Of a stretch of 64,000 bases of DNA, positions 27,441 to 41,275 are shown piece after piece. Each line of letters starts with the position of its first letter. The first letter of the stretch is position 1. The notes beneath the pieces were generated by a model. It had not been told where the DNA came from and ran no database searches. It saw only the letters and a list, made by a program, of their open reading frames with translations. The position numbers and the translations under genes were made by a program. The DNA lies in contig OZ024743.1 in NCBI GenBank assembly GCA_964016885.1, positions 61,194,001-61,258,000 on the forward strand, given 5' to 3'. This DNA comes from Eledone cirrhosa (taxonomy: Eukaryota).

Positions 27441-27443
<3 letters not shown>
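27331..27443. mobile_element. Family-A fragment: inverted tail joined to hammerhead 3' half
   Basis: Homologous to 16677-16812; (TA)n on both sides. Confidence 0.8.
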
Positions 27444-27525
<82 letters not shown>

Positions 27526-27585
27526 ATATGATATATATATTATTTACAAGCAGATAACTAGACAGAATGACAGAGGGATTAATTG

Positions 27586-27642
<57 letters not shown>

Positions 27643-28031
27643 AAGAAGGAATGAATGAAAAAGAGAGAAAAAGGGAAGATAGATAGAGAGAGAGAGAGAA
27701 AGAGAGAGAGAGCGAGAGAGAGAGAGAGACAGACAGAGAGAGAGAGAGAGAGAGTTGCGTAGGTAAGAAGGTGTGTAAGCCGGTATGTAGATTCACACGT
27801 ATTAAATAATATATATAGCCATGTGTTACGATGTATATAGATGTTGTTATAGCAACAGGCTTGATTACAGAGTGTATACTTGTATTCTACACTGTATCGC
27901 TAGTATATACTGCGGCCGGTAAATAGTATTAGTAATGGAAAGACCAATGGAAACATTGTTTCCTTGGTCCGATTTGACGAGTTCACTCCACTCGGTAAAT
28001 GAGGGAGGTTTGGGATCTTGTCGATCGATCA

Positions 28032-28068
<37 letters not shown>

Positions 28069-28089
28069 AATACATACAAATACATACAT

Positions 28090-28148
28090 TTATACATACA
28101 TACATACACACACACGCACACACAGACATATATATATATATATATATA

Positions 28149-28182
<34 letters not shown>

Positions 28183-28254
28183 CATAAGTGTGTGTGACGA
28201 GCAATTTATATATCTGCTGTATGCTCAGTGTATATAAGGTGTGTAATTTATAGT

Positions 28255-28306
<52 letters not shown>

Positions 28307-28362
28307 GAAAGGTATAGAAATTGTTTTAGCGATAAGCTAACAGTATTCCATAACATATATGC

Positions 28363-28420
<58 letters not shown>

Positions 28421-28487
28421 ACTATAAATTACACACCTTATATACACTGAGCACACAGCAGATATATAAATTGCTCGTCACACACAC

Positions 28488-28518
<31 letters not shown>

Positions 28519-28548
28519 TGTATGTATGTATGTATGTATGTATGTATG

Positions 28549-28606
<58 letters not shown>

Positions 28607-28652
28607 TGTGTGTGCGTGTGTGTGTGTGTGTGTATGTATGTATGTGTGTGTG
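28090..28652. repeat. Inverted duplication around a 65 bp spacer
   Basis: 28185-28262 mirrors 28413-28490 and extends into the microsatellites. The spacer recurs at 28960-29027 and, inverted, at 42613-42680. Confidence 0.8.
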
Positions 28653-28712
28653 TAGAGTGCTACTTATCCGATATTTGCATTGCTTTATTCTGCTACAATA
28701 AAACTCACCTCC

Positions 28713-28825
<113 letters not shown>

Positions 28826-28908
28826 ATACCACAGTAAATAGAGAAGAATACACATATATATGTGTTCAAATCATAAGGGACACAAACCGCCAAAGTGAAG
28901 AACATATC

Positions 28909-28964
<56 letters not shown>

Positions 28965-29166
28965 GAGAGGTATAGAGATTGTTTTAGCAAGAAGCTAACG
29001 GCATTCTATAACATATATGCGACTATAACGTCAAGATGGGAAAAGTAGTTAACGAAAGATTTAGGAAAAATAACTCAAACTCATCTCAAAAGAGAATCAG
29101 GATATAAATTCATCCACAGAATTTAGTAAAATCCAGGGAAAAATCAATAGACCTTTAACTCATGAT

Positions 29167-29201
<35 letters not shown>

Positions 29202-29204
<3 letters not shown>

Positions 29205-29458
29205 TGACGTGGTTGCCTAAACACTGTACGGCGTAATTCAGGCTGTTTGTTTGTTTACAAACGAACAAACCGAGCATTATAATAAATGTTCGGTAAACTG
29301 ATACGTGCATATATATATATGTGTGCCTGTATGTATATATATACATGCTACTGTACGTCTGTATACATATATATATGTACGTATACATACATACTTACAT
29401 TTAAGTAAGTGCCGTACTAAGAGTGAGTAATGAAATTTCGTTTCATTCTATTCCATTT
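29202..29458 (+). mobile_element. Truncated copy of the 51057-51902 family
   Basis: Reverse-complement match to 51060-51346. Confidence 0.75.
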
Positions 29459-29720
29459 ATATATATCATCATCATCAGGTTTAGCGTCCGTGTTCCACGC
29501 TTGCATGGGTTTGGACGGGGGTTTTCCCACTTGAGGCATATATATATATATATATATATATAATGTAGGAGGTGAGTTTTATTGTAGTACAATAAAGCAA
29601 TGCAGATATCGGATAAGAAGCACTCTACAGTTTGTGGGACTGGAGTATGCATAATATATATGTTGATTTAAAACTGCACTATCAACAAGTGGTTTTTAGC
29701 CTTCATATCATGTTCTCCTG

Positions 29721-29787
29721 TTTTATCTGATGAAAACACAAATATTATTGCTTGATGATGTTTGTTTTTGAAATGCGCATAATAAAA
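29721..29787 (+). ncRNA. Type I hammerhead ribozyme
   Basis: ttttat-CTGATGA-long AT-rich stem II-GAAA-tgcgca-TA-ataaaa. Confidence 0.8.
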
Positions 29788-29819
29788 TATATGGAACTCC
29801 TTTAACCATCTTTTGATCT

Positions 29820-29880
<61 letters not shown>

Positions 29881-30131
29881 AGTGTTTATATGCTTGTGTG
29901 TAATGTGAGTATATAGGTATAGTCATCCCAATCATCACCAACACGATAAACACCATCTACTATCATCACCAGCATCATCATTATCATCACCACCACTGTT
30001 ATTATCATCATCATAATCAACATCATCAACATTGTCATCATCATACCTTTATCATCATAATCATGAGTTACCCTTGTTATTACAGTTATTGTTGTTAATA
30101 CATCATTATTATGAAGTCCACCTATTATGAA

Positions 30132-30500
30132 GGGCGGTGGATTGGCAGTATCGGTAGAGGGTCGGACGCCGTGCTTTGACGAATAGAGTTACGGCCCTTG
30201 CCGAAGTTAACTTTCCCTTTCATCCTTACGGGGTCGATAAAATAAAGTACCAGTAATACACTGGAATAATTGCTGGCCTTGTGCCAAAAGTAGAAACAAT
30301 TTTTATGAAGTTCACCTACATAAAATATTTTTGGCATAAGGCCAGCAATTACCAGTACATTACTGGTACTTTATCGACCCTGTAAGGATGAAAGGCAAAG
30401 TTAACCTCGGCGGGATTTGAACTCAGATCATAAAGGGACGTAACTCTATGCTTCAAAGCATGGTGTCCGACTCTCTACCGATAGTGGCAATCCACCGTCT
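30132..30500. mobile_element. Two SINEs tail-to-tail (+30132-30301, -30325-30500)
   Basis: Same family as 11010-11200, in opposite orientations. Confidence 0.85.
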
Positions 30501-31070
30501 CTAGATATCTCCAGATACATCCGCGTGTAGCCAGCTGTCTCTACGTGTTTCCAGATAGTCACTTATGTCTTTAGCTGCTCCTAGATGTCTCCAGATGCCA
30601 ACAGCAGCCTGAAAGTTTAGAGATGTAACCCCGGTATACCGGCTCTTCTAGAAATACGCAACTTGCTATTTAACTCCAGGTCAGTCCTTATCCACAAGAA
30701 AGAAAATCAACCATTCTGATAGGCAAACAGACAAGCAATCATACAGACACACAGATAGATCAATGGGACACCCGACAAGAGCATCCCGTCTTTTAGAGAA
30801 CTCTAGGACTAAACTATCGTTTGTATAGATGATAGTGTGTGTCTTGAGAGAAATAAATTTCACTGCCATTTCTAGCACTTTAACTGGTCGTATAGTGGAG
30901 TGTCATCAAAGTCAGATTTAGAATACCAGAAATTTACCAGTTCCACAGACATGTCTTCAGCAACAACAAGAAAAATAACAACATACATACATGCATACGT
31001 ACATACATTCATACAGACATACATACATACATACATACATACATACATACATACATACATACATACATAC

Positions 31071-31625
31071 ATGATGGCTGCCCCCTCGTTATCGAGTATG
31101 GCCATTGCACGAGAAAAAAAAATATATATATACATATATATATATATACACATACATACATTAATAACAATAATAATAATAATAACAACAATAATAATAA
31201 CGACAACAACAACAATAATGATATACATATACATATCTATATACACACACACGCACGCACATAAACATATCTACACACACACACACACGATAGCAACTAA
31301 CAGCGTTGCGATCGAATGTGGCTTTTTAGCCCAGCCAATGATCTAAAATGTCTTGCACAGAGTCGGCAACCAAAACATTCACTGGGAGTAGCTGGCTGTG
31401 GTTGGAGTTCATGTACTTTTGCATGTCGCTTGAGCCCTCCTGCTGATTTACATTCTCTACCACATACATGGTGGCTGCCAACTCGTTTTCGAGTACGGCC
31501 ACTACTTTATATCCATGTAGGGAGAACCCCTACCGATGCGCTGAACGAGTGTGACTTTTTAGTCCAACCAGCGACTTGAAAACTCTGGTACAAACACTAC
31601 ACTTGTGACAATTATTGACACATAG
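31071..31625 (-). mobile_element. Two adjacent RTE 3' fragments
   Basis: ~31071-31464 matches 17420-17802 + 23614-23838; ~31465-31625 matches 43755-43913. Confidence 0.8.
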
Positions 31626-31681
31626 TGTACATACATACATACATACATACATACATACATACATACATACATACATACATA

Positions 31682-32065
31682 CACTGGGATATGTTAGTAA
31701 CTGCCTCAATACAAATCTTGAGAAGCTAGGCTTCACGGGAACAGAAAGAACACAACTAGTTAGGAAATTACAAGTACAATCCATTAATGGAACAGTAAAA
31801 ATATGTAAAACATTCCAAACATTTTGCATCTAATAACTGCATATACACATGTACAGATACAAAGCATATTCACATGCATACATACAACTCAAAACATACA
31901 CATCCACACATACAATAACATCCATATCTACACATGCATGCAGACATACATACATATCTACCTAGTTGATGTTGTGTAAATTACAATGAGAGAGTCTTGT
32001 GTCTATGTTAGAAACCGACTGTCTCTCTATTGGTAAAACTTTGTGAAATTATAAAACCAGAAGAA
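31682..32065 (+). mobile_element. RLE-type non-LTR (R4/Dong-like) 3' fragment in (CATA)n
   Basis: LGYVSNCLNTNLEKLGF...LQVQSINGTVKICKTF-stop resembles an RLE C-terminus; CATA repeats on both flanks. Confidence 0.6.
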
Positions 32066-32604
32066 CATACATACATTACTGCTACCAGTACAACTATCAC
32101 GGTTACAACAATAAACCTCGCTACAACAGCCACCACCACTACAACAATAGCCCCAACCACAACCACAAAGTCACCACCACCACAACAACAACTGGCCGTT
32201 TATTTTCGTCACAAATGTTAAAACTAGTTTTAAAATTACGAGCAACGCTAATTACTACTTTTACCTCATAGAGTGTGCGCATGTATATGAGTGTATGTAT
32301 GTATATATGTATGTATTTATTTGAGCATATGAGTATATGTCTGCACGTTTGTGTGTATCTGCATGTCTGTGCATGTGTGAATGTGAGTCTGTGTGCATGT
32401 ATGTGTTTGTATGAATGTGATTTGGGGTTATATATATTTTTTATCTGTATGTGTGCATGTATGTGTTTGTGTGAGTGTGATTTGGGGTTATATATATTTT
32501 TTATCTGTATGTGTGAATGTGTCAACAGGGTGAATAAAATTAACAATCACTACGATCAATACAATTACGTGGAAATAGAACAGACTAAAGAAAAGTTGTC
32601 TCTC

Positions 32605-32688
<84 letters not shown>

Positions 32689-32768
32689 CACACACACACA
32701 CACAGACACAGACGAACACACACACACGTATATGTAAATATGTAAATATATTTATATATGTAAATATT

Positions 32769-32837
32769 CTAAGGCGGGTAAAATTCCCGAGATCCATGGA
32801 CGAGTTCTCTCCAGCGGTCTCCGACATCCAGAGTTGA
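32769..32837 (-). mobile_element. RTE-X-like 3' end with 17 bp inverted piece
   Basis: Matches 38142-38193; 32821-32837 is the reverse complement of ~38332-38348. Confidence 0.75.
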
Positions 32838-32844
32838 TATGTAA

Positions 32845-32907
<63 letters not shown>

Positions 32908-33000
32908 AATATATGTATGTAAATATATAAATTTATTTATATATAAATATATATATATGTAAATGTATATATATATATATATTAATATATATTAATAAAA

Positions 33001-33267
33001 CACCAGAGCCAAAGAAATGTAACAACTTTAGCAGAAAAAGCTTGGACGCTCAGGGATAGCGATCAAAAATTTACCCTAAAATGGGAGAAATTAGCTAAAA
33101 CCCAAAGCTTTTCCAGGAGCCAAAATTTCTGCAAATTGTGTAATCTTGAGATTTATTACATAATCACACACAAGAAGAAATTGCTGAATAACAGAATTGA
33201 ACGAACATTATTTTGCCGTCACCGAACTAAAACCCTTTTTTCCCACTACAAGCCGAATATTACATAA
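33001..33267 (+). pseudogene. Penelope GIY-YIG C-terminal fragment (second family)
   Basis: Hand translation: TTLAEKAWTLR..LKWE..FCKLCNLE..LLNNRIE..CRHR..stop; parallels 13590-13815. Confidence 0.85.
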
Positions 33268-33353
33268 AAGAGGGACATCCCGCCAACTATATAAACCTCA
33301 ATCTAGTTAGAAAAATATATAAACAATTTCTTCTCAACATATATATGTATATT

Positions 33354-33542
33354 AATTGTTTCTACTTTTGGCACAAGGCCAGCAATTACCCAGTGCATTA
33401 CTGGTACTTTATTTTATCGACCCCGTAAGGATGAAAGGCAAAGTCAACCTCGGCGGGATTTGAACTAAGATCGTAAAGGGACGTAACTATGCTGGAAAGC
33501 ATGGCGTCCGACCCTCTACCGATACTGCCAATCCATCGCCCA
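33354..33542 (-). mobile_element. tRNA-derived SINE
   Basis: Same family as 11010-11200. Confidence 0.85.
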
Positions 33543-34346
33543 TATATATGTATATTAATAACCTCAAATTACCACACTAATAATGGAAAGATATGCTGAT
33601 GAGAATAGGTGCAAAAATGCGATAATGAATGTGTCTAAAAGCGACCATAAGTATGTATATATATGTGAAAATGTATATAAATAAGTAAATATATATATAT
33701 GTTTGATGTGTATAGTTAGATGTAAGTGTATTCATGTATTAAAGTGCTTATATATATATATATGTGTGTATATGTAGATATATATGTATATGTATATATA
33801 TACACATAGACTAGAGTATGTATGTATATATGTGTGTGTCTATACGTGTGTATATAAAGATAAGTTGAGTATGAAAATGTACACACGTGAACGCGTATGT
33901 ATGTACATGAATACATGTGTGTATATGTATATGTATGCATGTGTATATGTATGTAAGTATGAACATGTTACTATGTGAATGTGAGTATATGTATTTGTAG
34001 AGGGGTGCAAATATGTTTGTGTGAGAATGCGTGGGTGAAAGGATACGTACACTGGAAAGAAAAAATTTAAGTCTGAATGTTAATTAAGTGCAAACACAAA
34101 ACCAACCACGCATATCTTTACTATCTCTAATCCCTCTATAGATTTAGAAAAATAACCAATATATTCGATAAAAATGTCAAAACAACATATGGGAATCTAA
34201 TTACTCACTGCCACCAAAAATTCTCATGCTATCAAAAAACCCCTCCCTCAACTATTCTTCTAACAACTTCACCCCTCTCTCCTAATATTCTCTATAAAAA
34301 CCAAATAGGTCCTCAGTAATATTATTCTGATGAAATGACAGTAAAT

Positions 34347-34628
34347 AATTGTTTCTACTTTTGGCACAAGGCCAGCAAATACCCAATGCATTACTGGTAC
34401 TTTATTCTATCGACCCCGGAAGGATGAAAGGCAAAGTTAACCTCGGTGGGATTTGAACTCAGATCATACAGTAAATAATTGTTTCTACTTTTGGCACAAG
34501 GCCAGCAATTATTCCAGTGCATTACTGGTACTTTATTTTATCGACCCCGTAAGGATGAAAGGCAAAGTTAACCTCGGCGGGATTTGAACTCAGATCATAA
34601 AGGGAGGTAACTCTATGCTTCAAAGCAT
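34347..34628 (-). mobile_element. Tandemly duplicated partial SINE
   Basis: Two partial copies, both preceded by acagtaaata. Confidence 0.8.
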
Positions 34629-35444
34629 ATATGTATACTGAAATACTAGTATGTATATGAATACACACACGTATACATATGTAGATGTACCAAGTTTCTG
34701 GGGAATAGAGGAAAGGTGTTTCCTCAAAAACCAGTATGACTCTAAAAACCGGTTTGTCTGTGTGTTTACATACAGAATAGCTGGCCACTCACAGTAAAGT
34801 GACCAGGGAAAAAATTTGGTACATCTACATATGTATACGTGTGTGTATTCATATACATACTAGTATTTCAGTATACATATATGGATGTACATCTTTAACT
34901 TAATTGTTTAAGCGTCAGTCATACAAAAGTGAGTTACAAACGAAACGAAATTTAATTTCGTTTCGTTATTTGTTTTTATCGTCTCCGTTGAACCGGTACT
35001 TACTCACACTCTATGCAAATTAGTCTGCCCACTACTAATTTTCATAGAAAAAGCATATAACGATATGTGCTTTTACGATTCTCTAGAGAGGCCGGAAGAT
35101 AGGTAAATATTGCTGATGAGTTGTAACAACAACGAAACTAGTTCAATATTCCTTGTCTGGCTTTCTGGAGAATAGAGGAAAGGTGTTTCCTCAAAAACCA
35201 GTATGACTCTAAAAACCGGTTTGTCTGTGTGTTTACATACAGAATAGCTGGCCACTCACAGTAAAGTGACCAGGGAAAAAACTTGGTACATCTACATATG
35301 TATACGTGTGTGTATTCATATACATACTAGTATTTCAGTATACATATATGGATGTACATCTTTAACTTAATTGTTTAAGCGTCAGTCATACAAAAGTGAG
35401 TTACAAACGAAACGAAATTTAATTTCGTTTCGTTATTTGTTTTT
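34628..35444 (+). mobile_element. Retrozyme-like element: inverted stub + ~1.6-mer of a 467 bp unit
   Basis: 34695-34978 repeats at 35162-35444; 34628-34697 is an inverted internal piece; hammerhead lies between the repeats; no credible ORF. Confidence 0.8.
35106..35150 (+). ncRNA. Minimal type I hammerhead ribozyme
   Basis: aatattg-CTGATGA-gttgt-aaca-acaac-GAAA-ctag-TT-caatatt. Confidence 0.92.
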
Positions 35445-35499
35445 ATATATATATATATATGTAAATATATAGAAATATATATATGTAAATACATATATA

Positions 35500-35566
<67 letters not shown>

Positions 35567-35568
<2 letters not shown>

Positions 35569-35770
35569 CGAAGGAAATGTGGTAAGGAACCAGGTGTACC
35601 ATAACGCACCAAAGTACTCAATACTTGAGGTAGTAGAGTGGGTAATAGGAACCAGTAGGACCCCGACAGCTGAGCTCAAGCCGTTTCGACGGCTAATTCT
35701 GGACTGAATTAGTCCAGAATTAGCCGTCGAAACGGCTTGAGCTCAGCTGTCGGGGTCCTACTGGTTCCTA
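35567..35770 (-). mobile_element. Family-A fold-back fragment
   Basis: Minus-strand tail plus a palindrome centred at ~35708. Confidence 0.8.
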
Positions 35771-35848
35771 TATATATATATATATATATGTGTGTAAATA
35801 TATATATAAGTAAATATATATCTATTTAATATATATCTATCTATCTAT

Positions 35849-36008
35849 CTAAGGCGGGTAAAATTCCCGAGATCCATGGACGAGTTCTCTCCAGCGGTCT
35901 CTGTCCCTCATTATCGCTGCCATGTCCTGCGTCTCCAACAGACCAGTGTCTGTCCTTAGGGCATCAACATACGTTAACCTTGGTCTTCCTCTTCTAGTGT
36001 GTCCATGT
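35849..36008 (-). mobile_element. RTE-X-like 3' end
   Basis: Matches 38142-38301. Confidence 0.85.
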
Positions 36009-36157
36009 AAATATATATATATATATTTTTATATATATATGTAAATACATACATATATTTTAATATATACATATATTTACATATATATATTTTAATATAT
36101 ATAAATATATATATGTAAATATATATATATATATATATATATGTAAATGTATATATA

Positions 36158-36201
<44 letters not shown>

Positions 36202-36206
36202 TAAAT

Positions 36207-36265
<59 letters not shown>

Positions 36266-36395
36266 TATATACATATATACATATATATATATATTTTAAT
36301 ATATATATATAAATATACATATATACATATATACATGTAAACAGTGAGTGTGTTCTGTTATTAATTCTGGCAATATTACGCAAATATGACCCTCC

Positions 36396-36454
<59 letters not shown>

Positions 36455-36476
36455 GTATAAAATCAATACAATATTA

Positions 36477-36552
36477 TTACCTCATTACCAGAGGTTTCCC
36501 GAATGAGGCGAATACGAAATAAACGACTTCATTCGTTCGTCAGACGAGGCAA
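36477..36552 (-). ncRNA. Type I hammerhead ribozyme (left arm)
   Basis: Reverse complement of 37934-38009. Confidence 0.85.
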
Positions 36553-37362
36553 TATAAAACATGGGCAAATACTTAGAAAAACACATCAAGAAAATCAAAA
36601 AAATATATAGATAAATGAAATAGAAATTGAAATATATAAAAATCTATCAAGAAAAATAGTTAGGTGTGTGTATGTGTATGTATATACGCTCACAGATGTG
36701 CATATATGTATGTGTACGTGTAAATGTATGGTTAGAAAGTGTGCGTAATTATAAAAATAAAAGTTTAGGGTAAATGTATCTATATGTCTGTATTATGCAG
36801 ACGGAAATGGTTACTTCGTAAAAATAAGAAAATAAAGTCGCGCGCATAAAAAACGGCTGGACACTCGTACATTTAGATACGGAAAGTAAGGAGATGAAGA
36901 GAGTATATTAAATAAAAGAAAAGTATCTATTACGATATATTTATAAAAATATAGTAACGATAAATTAGAAAGACAAGATAGAAAGAAAAATTAAAGAAAA
37001 CAAAAAAAGCGGGGGTACATACATACACAGACACGCGTGTCTCACAAAAGAAATGTAAAAATAATTATGCTTATATACACACACGCGCTTACACTTCCAT
37101 GCGTTCGATACGTACATACAGACACACACACACACACATACTTATACTCGCGCATATAAACCTGTTTGCATGCCCATGTATGAAACTGGGTAAATAACAG
37201 AAGAGGGAAGGGGGGGGGGGGGGGGGAGAAGAAAAAGGAAGAAACAAACAAAAAAATATAAAACCGAAATATCAAAAACACGGATATAAAGACACTTACA
37301 CATACGCATAATATACACACACGCACACACACAAACACCAGTACACGCACGCATACATACAC

Positions 37363-37406
<44 letters not shown>

Positions 37407-37933
37407 ATGCACGCACGCGCGCGCACATACGTAGTCACTCATGTACATATATAAAAAAAATTATACACACGTTAAGGCGTTCAGCCATATTGAAATGTGG
37501 ATAAATAAATACAAATATAAAATTGTAAGATTGGCTGCGCAAAAATAAAATAAAAATAAAAATGAGAAATATATCTGGGTTGAAAAACACAAAAGACAAG
37601 TTTAATCAGTTAGTAGAGGAAAAGGGGAAGTAAAAGAAGGGGAAGTAAAAAATAGAAAATAGGAAGTGGATCGGAGAATAAAGGGGGGGGGGGGGGGGTA
37701 AAAATAAATAAAAAATAAATAAAAAATATGTTTAAAATTACGCACACTTTCTAACCATACATTTACACGTACACATACATATATGCACATCTATGAGCGT
37801 ATATACATACACATACACACACCTAACTATTTTTCTTGATAGATTTTTATATATTTCAATTTCTATTTCATTTATCTATATATTTTTTTGATTTTCTTGA
37901 TGTGTTTTTCTAAGTATTTGCCCATGTTTTATA

Positions 37934-38009
37934 TTGCCTCGTCTGACGAACGAATGAAGTCGTTTATTTCGTATTCGCCTCATTCGGGAAACCTCTGGTA
38001 ATGAGGTAA
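37934..38009 (+). ncRNA. Type I hammerhead ribozyme (right arm)
   Basis: ttgcctcgt-CTGACGA-a-cgaatga...tcattcg-g-GAAA-cc-tct-gg-TA-atgaggtaa; A.G mismatch at the base of stem II. Confidence 0.85.
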
Positions 38010-38109
38010 TAATATTGTATTGATTTTATACATTAAATTTTGCTCTGATACTGACATAGAGCACTCTTCATTTCTATGACCTTTTCTGTTTCTAACTGAA
38101 ATTTCAATA

Positions 38110-38140
<31 letters not shown>

Positions 38141-38143
<3 letters not shown>

Positions 38144-39466
38144 AGGCGGGTAAAATTCCCGAGATCCATGGACGAGTTCTCTCCAGCGGTCTCTGTCCCT
38201 CATTATCGCTGCCATATCCTGCATCTCCAACAGACCAGTGTCTGTCCTTAGGGCATCAACATATGTTAACCTTGGTCTTTCTCTTCTAGTGTGTCCATGT
38301 AGGGGCTCCCAAAGGAGCACTGAGTGCAATGTCAACTCTGGATGTCGGTGAGCATGTCCAGCCAACCTCAGTCTCCTCTGTGTCACTTTTGAGCTGACTT
38401 TTGGGATGCTCCCATACAGCTCTGAGTTTTTCATCCTCAGTGTATACTGATTAATGTTCAGAGCCATCCTCAGCATTCTCGTGTAGCACCCATCCACCAT
38501 CTGAGTGAGTCTCTTGGTCAGTGTCCAAGTCTCAGACCCATACAGCAGCACAGACTCCACTACAGCAATGAAGAGGCGGACTTTCAGGTCTCTACGAAGG
38601 TCCGACTTCCACACCGATCTCAAGCTGTGACACGCCGCCCAGGCTTTGCTCTTCCTCTCAACCACATCATCCTCCGTATTCCCAATCTTTGCTCCCAAAT
38701 ACAGGAAGTCCTCAACCAATTCCAGCGGCTTCCCGCCTACATTAGTGATCCCCTCTGACTTCTCAACATTCTCTACCAGATATTTTGTTTTAGTCTCATT
38801 CATTCTCAGCCCCACACTCATCGACACAGTCTCAACCTCCCGCATCAAATCCTCTGCCTCCTTCACTGTATTTGTCACCAAAACTATGTCGTCGGCAAAT
38901 TCAGCATCCGATACCTTTTTCGCCCCAACTCTCCTGCTCTGAGCTGGTGCTACAGTAAAGCCAGTGTCCTGGTGTTTCTCCAGTGCAAGGCGCATACAAT
39001 AGTCCACTACGATGATAAAAAGGTAGGGAGCCAATGTATCTCCTTGGAGCACTCCAGCCAGTATCTCAAATAACTCTGTCATCCCATCAGGTGTAATGAC
39101 TTGGGCTTTGGTGTTGGTGTAGAGCAGTGATATCAGGTCCACTATCCTCTTGGGGATTCCATAAGCCTGTAAGATCTTCATCAGGCAGTAACGGTCCACA
39201 GAATCAAAGGCCTTCCTAAAGTCAATGAAAACCATGACCGCAGGAAGGCACTTTGCTCTAGCTCCCTCTAATATCCTCCTCAGCATCAGGATGTGACTGG
39301 TGGTTGATCTACCCTCTCTGAAGCCGTTCTGGTTGTCCCTGAGCTTCTTCTCCACCTCAGGCTGGATCCTGTTAAGAATCATCCTGTTGAGGGTCTTTGC
39401 CACAAGTGACGTCAGTGAGATCCCCCGGTAGTTGTTGGTGTCAGAGAGATCTCCCTTCTTTGGCAA
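38141..39466 (-). mobile_element. RTE-group (RTE-X-like) LINE, 5'-truncated, open RT frame, no 3' UTR
   Basis: [46 protein letters not shown]. The stop codon abuts (TA)n. Confidence 0.9.
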
Positions 39467-39664
39467 TGATGATATATATATATGTAAATATATATATATA
39501 TATGTAAATATGTAAATATGTATATACACATATATATACATATATATATATATGTAAGGGTGAAAGCACCGATTCTTTGCTTAAACTTTAATCTGTTATT
39601 TTAATAAATATATATATATATAAATATATATATATTCTTTATCTGAAAACGTGTGTTGACACCG

Positions 39665-39940
39665 ATATTGTTATGCTTTGGGAGGGTCATGTTGCCAATA
39701 AGAAACGCACGCACCAGATGCTTACAAGAAAAGAATCCCCAGTCACTGAAGAGGTCACAGAATGTGTGACGAATGAACTTTGACAATATATGAACAATTG
39801 TCTGGTTGTGGAACCAACCAACCAACCGGAAATTTATAAATTCTTAAATTTATAAATTTAATTTATAATAAATTGAAGTGAAAGTAACTGGTGCGTGTGT
39901 TTCTTATTGGCAACAAGACCCTCCCAAAGCATAACAATAT
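39665..39940 (+). mobile_element. Short fold-back with disrupted hammerhead (39740-39808)
   Basis: 39665-39717 mirrors 39887-39940; cagtca-CTGAAGA-g-gtcaca/tgtgac-GAA[~20 nt extra]acaattg-TC-tggttg. Confidence 0.55.
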
Positions 39941-39972
39941 ATATATATATATATATGTAAAAATATATGTAA

Positions 39973-40049
<77 letters not shown>

Positions 40050-40118
40050 TACATATATATATGTAAATAAATATATATATTTTAATATATATATATATGT
40101 ACATATATACATATATAC

Positions 40119-40156
<38 letters not shown>

Positions 40157-40200
40157 ATAGAGATCAGAGCAAACAACACGGACACTCTATCTCAAAATTA

Positions 40201-40238
40201 TTTTTGAAAAGCATTTAGAAATGCGCAACCGGTAAAAA
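40201..40238 (+). ncRNA. Degenerate U3-A8 hammerhead
   Basis: ttt-TTGAAAA-gcattt-ag-aaatgc-GCAA-ccgg-TA-aaa (GAAA mutated). Confidence 0.55.
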
Positions 40239-40456
40239 CTTAAAAACTTAAAACCACAACTGAATACTAACCCATACAATCACTAATACTCTTTTATTCC
40301 TAATTAAACCATTTTTCAACTGTGAACAATTTGTCAGCATTTTCTATTCCGTTTACCAATATATTTATATATATATACATATATATATATGTAACATATA
40401 TATATAGTTTAATATATATTTATACATATATATATATGTAAATATATATATCTATC

Positions 40457-40530
40457 TAAGGCGGGTAAAATTCCCGAGATCCATGGACGAGTTCTCTCCA
40501 GCGGTCTCTGTCCCTCATTATCGCTGCCAT
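40457..40530 (-). mobile_element. RTE-X-like 3' end
   Basis: Matches 38142-38216. Confidence 0.85.
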
Positions 40531-40683
40531 ATATATATATGTAAATATATATATATATATATATACATACATATATATATATGTAAATATATATATATAT
40601 ATATATATATTAATATATATATATATATATATATATGTAAATATATATATTTTAATATATATATATATACATATATATATATG

Positions 40684-40762
<79 letters not shown>

Positions 40763-40790
40763 AAATATATATATATATTTTAATCTATAA

Positions 40791-40833
<43 letters not shown>

Positions 40834-40902
40834 AAAAAGGGATGAAATCGAAAATGCAACTGAAGTCTTATTTTTTTTTTAAATATATATATTTATTTGG
40901 TT

Positions 40903-40940
40903 CCTTTACCGGTTTCGCAGTTCTTCTGCTTTTCAAAAGG
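40903..40940 (-). ncRNA. Minimal hammerhead, U3-A8 core (left arm)
   Basis: Reverse complement of 40995-41032. Confidence 0.85.
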
Positions 40941-40994
40941 TGAGTTGAGATGGAGGGTCTGTGAGAAAAACCACAGACCCTCCATCTCAACTCA

Positions 40995-41032
40995 CCTTTT
41001 GAAAAGCAGAAGAACTGCGAAACCGGTAAAGG
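40995..41032 (+). ncRNA. Minimal hammerhead, U3-A8 core (right arm)
   Basis: cctt-TTGAAAA-gcag-aagaa-ctgc-GAAA-ccgg-TA-aagg. Confidence 0.85.
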
Positions 41033-41242
41033 AACCAAATAAATATATATATTTTTAAAAAAAATAAGACTTCAGTTGCATTTTCGATTTCATCCCTTTT
41101 TCTTTATACTTCCACTCGTGTAGGACACCTCGGTTATTTTTCATTTTGTAAAAAAAACCTCACTTTCTAATATATATATATATATATGTAAATATATATA
41201 TTTATATACTTTAATATATATATATGTACGTGTGTGTAAATG

Positions 41243-41275
<33 letters not shown>

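Larger units (their letters stand above)
36451..38112 (+). mobile_element. Fold-back hammerhead element, 300 bp arms
   Basis: 36451-36750 mirrors 37736-38035; ~1 kb non-coding spacer; tail 38036-38112; (TA)n flanks. Confidence 0.85.
40828..41170 (+). mobile_element. Fold-back hammerhead element with tail
   Basis: Palindrome 40828-41108 with an 8 nt loop; tail 41109-41170; (TA)n flanks. Confidence 0.85.

Noticed and set aside
30872-30954. Alternative last exon DMSVELVNFWYSKSDFDDTPLYDQLKC*
   Set aside because: Phase-compatible with the gene model, but the acceptor is a weak AAG and there is no other support.
34328-34345. CTGATGA downstream of the second Penelope fragment
   Set aside because: Cut off by a SINE; no stem II or GAAA visible.
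41109-41170. Tail hairpin consensus in the 40.8 kb element
   Set aside because: ACTC-gtgt-agg-acac-ctc-ggt only partly fits, so it was not counted as an instance.
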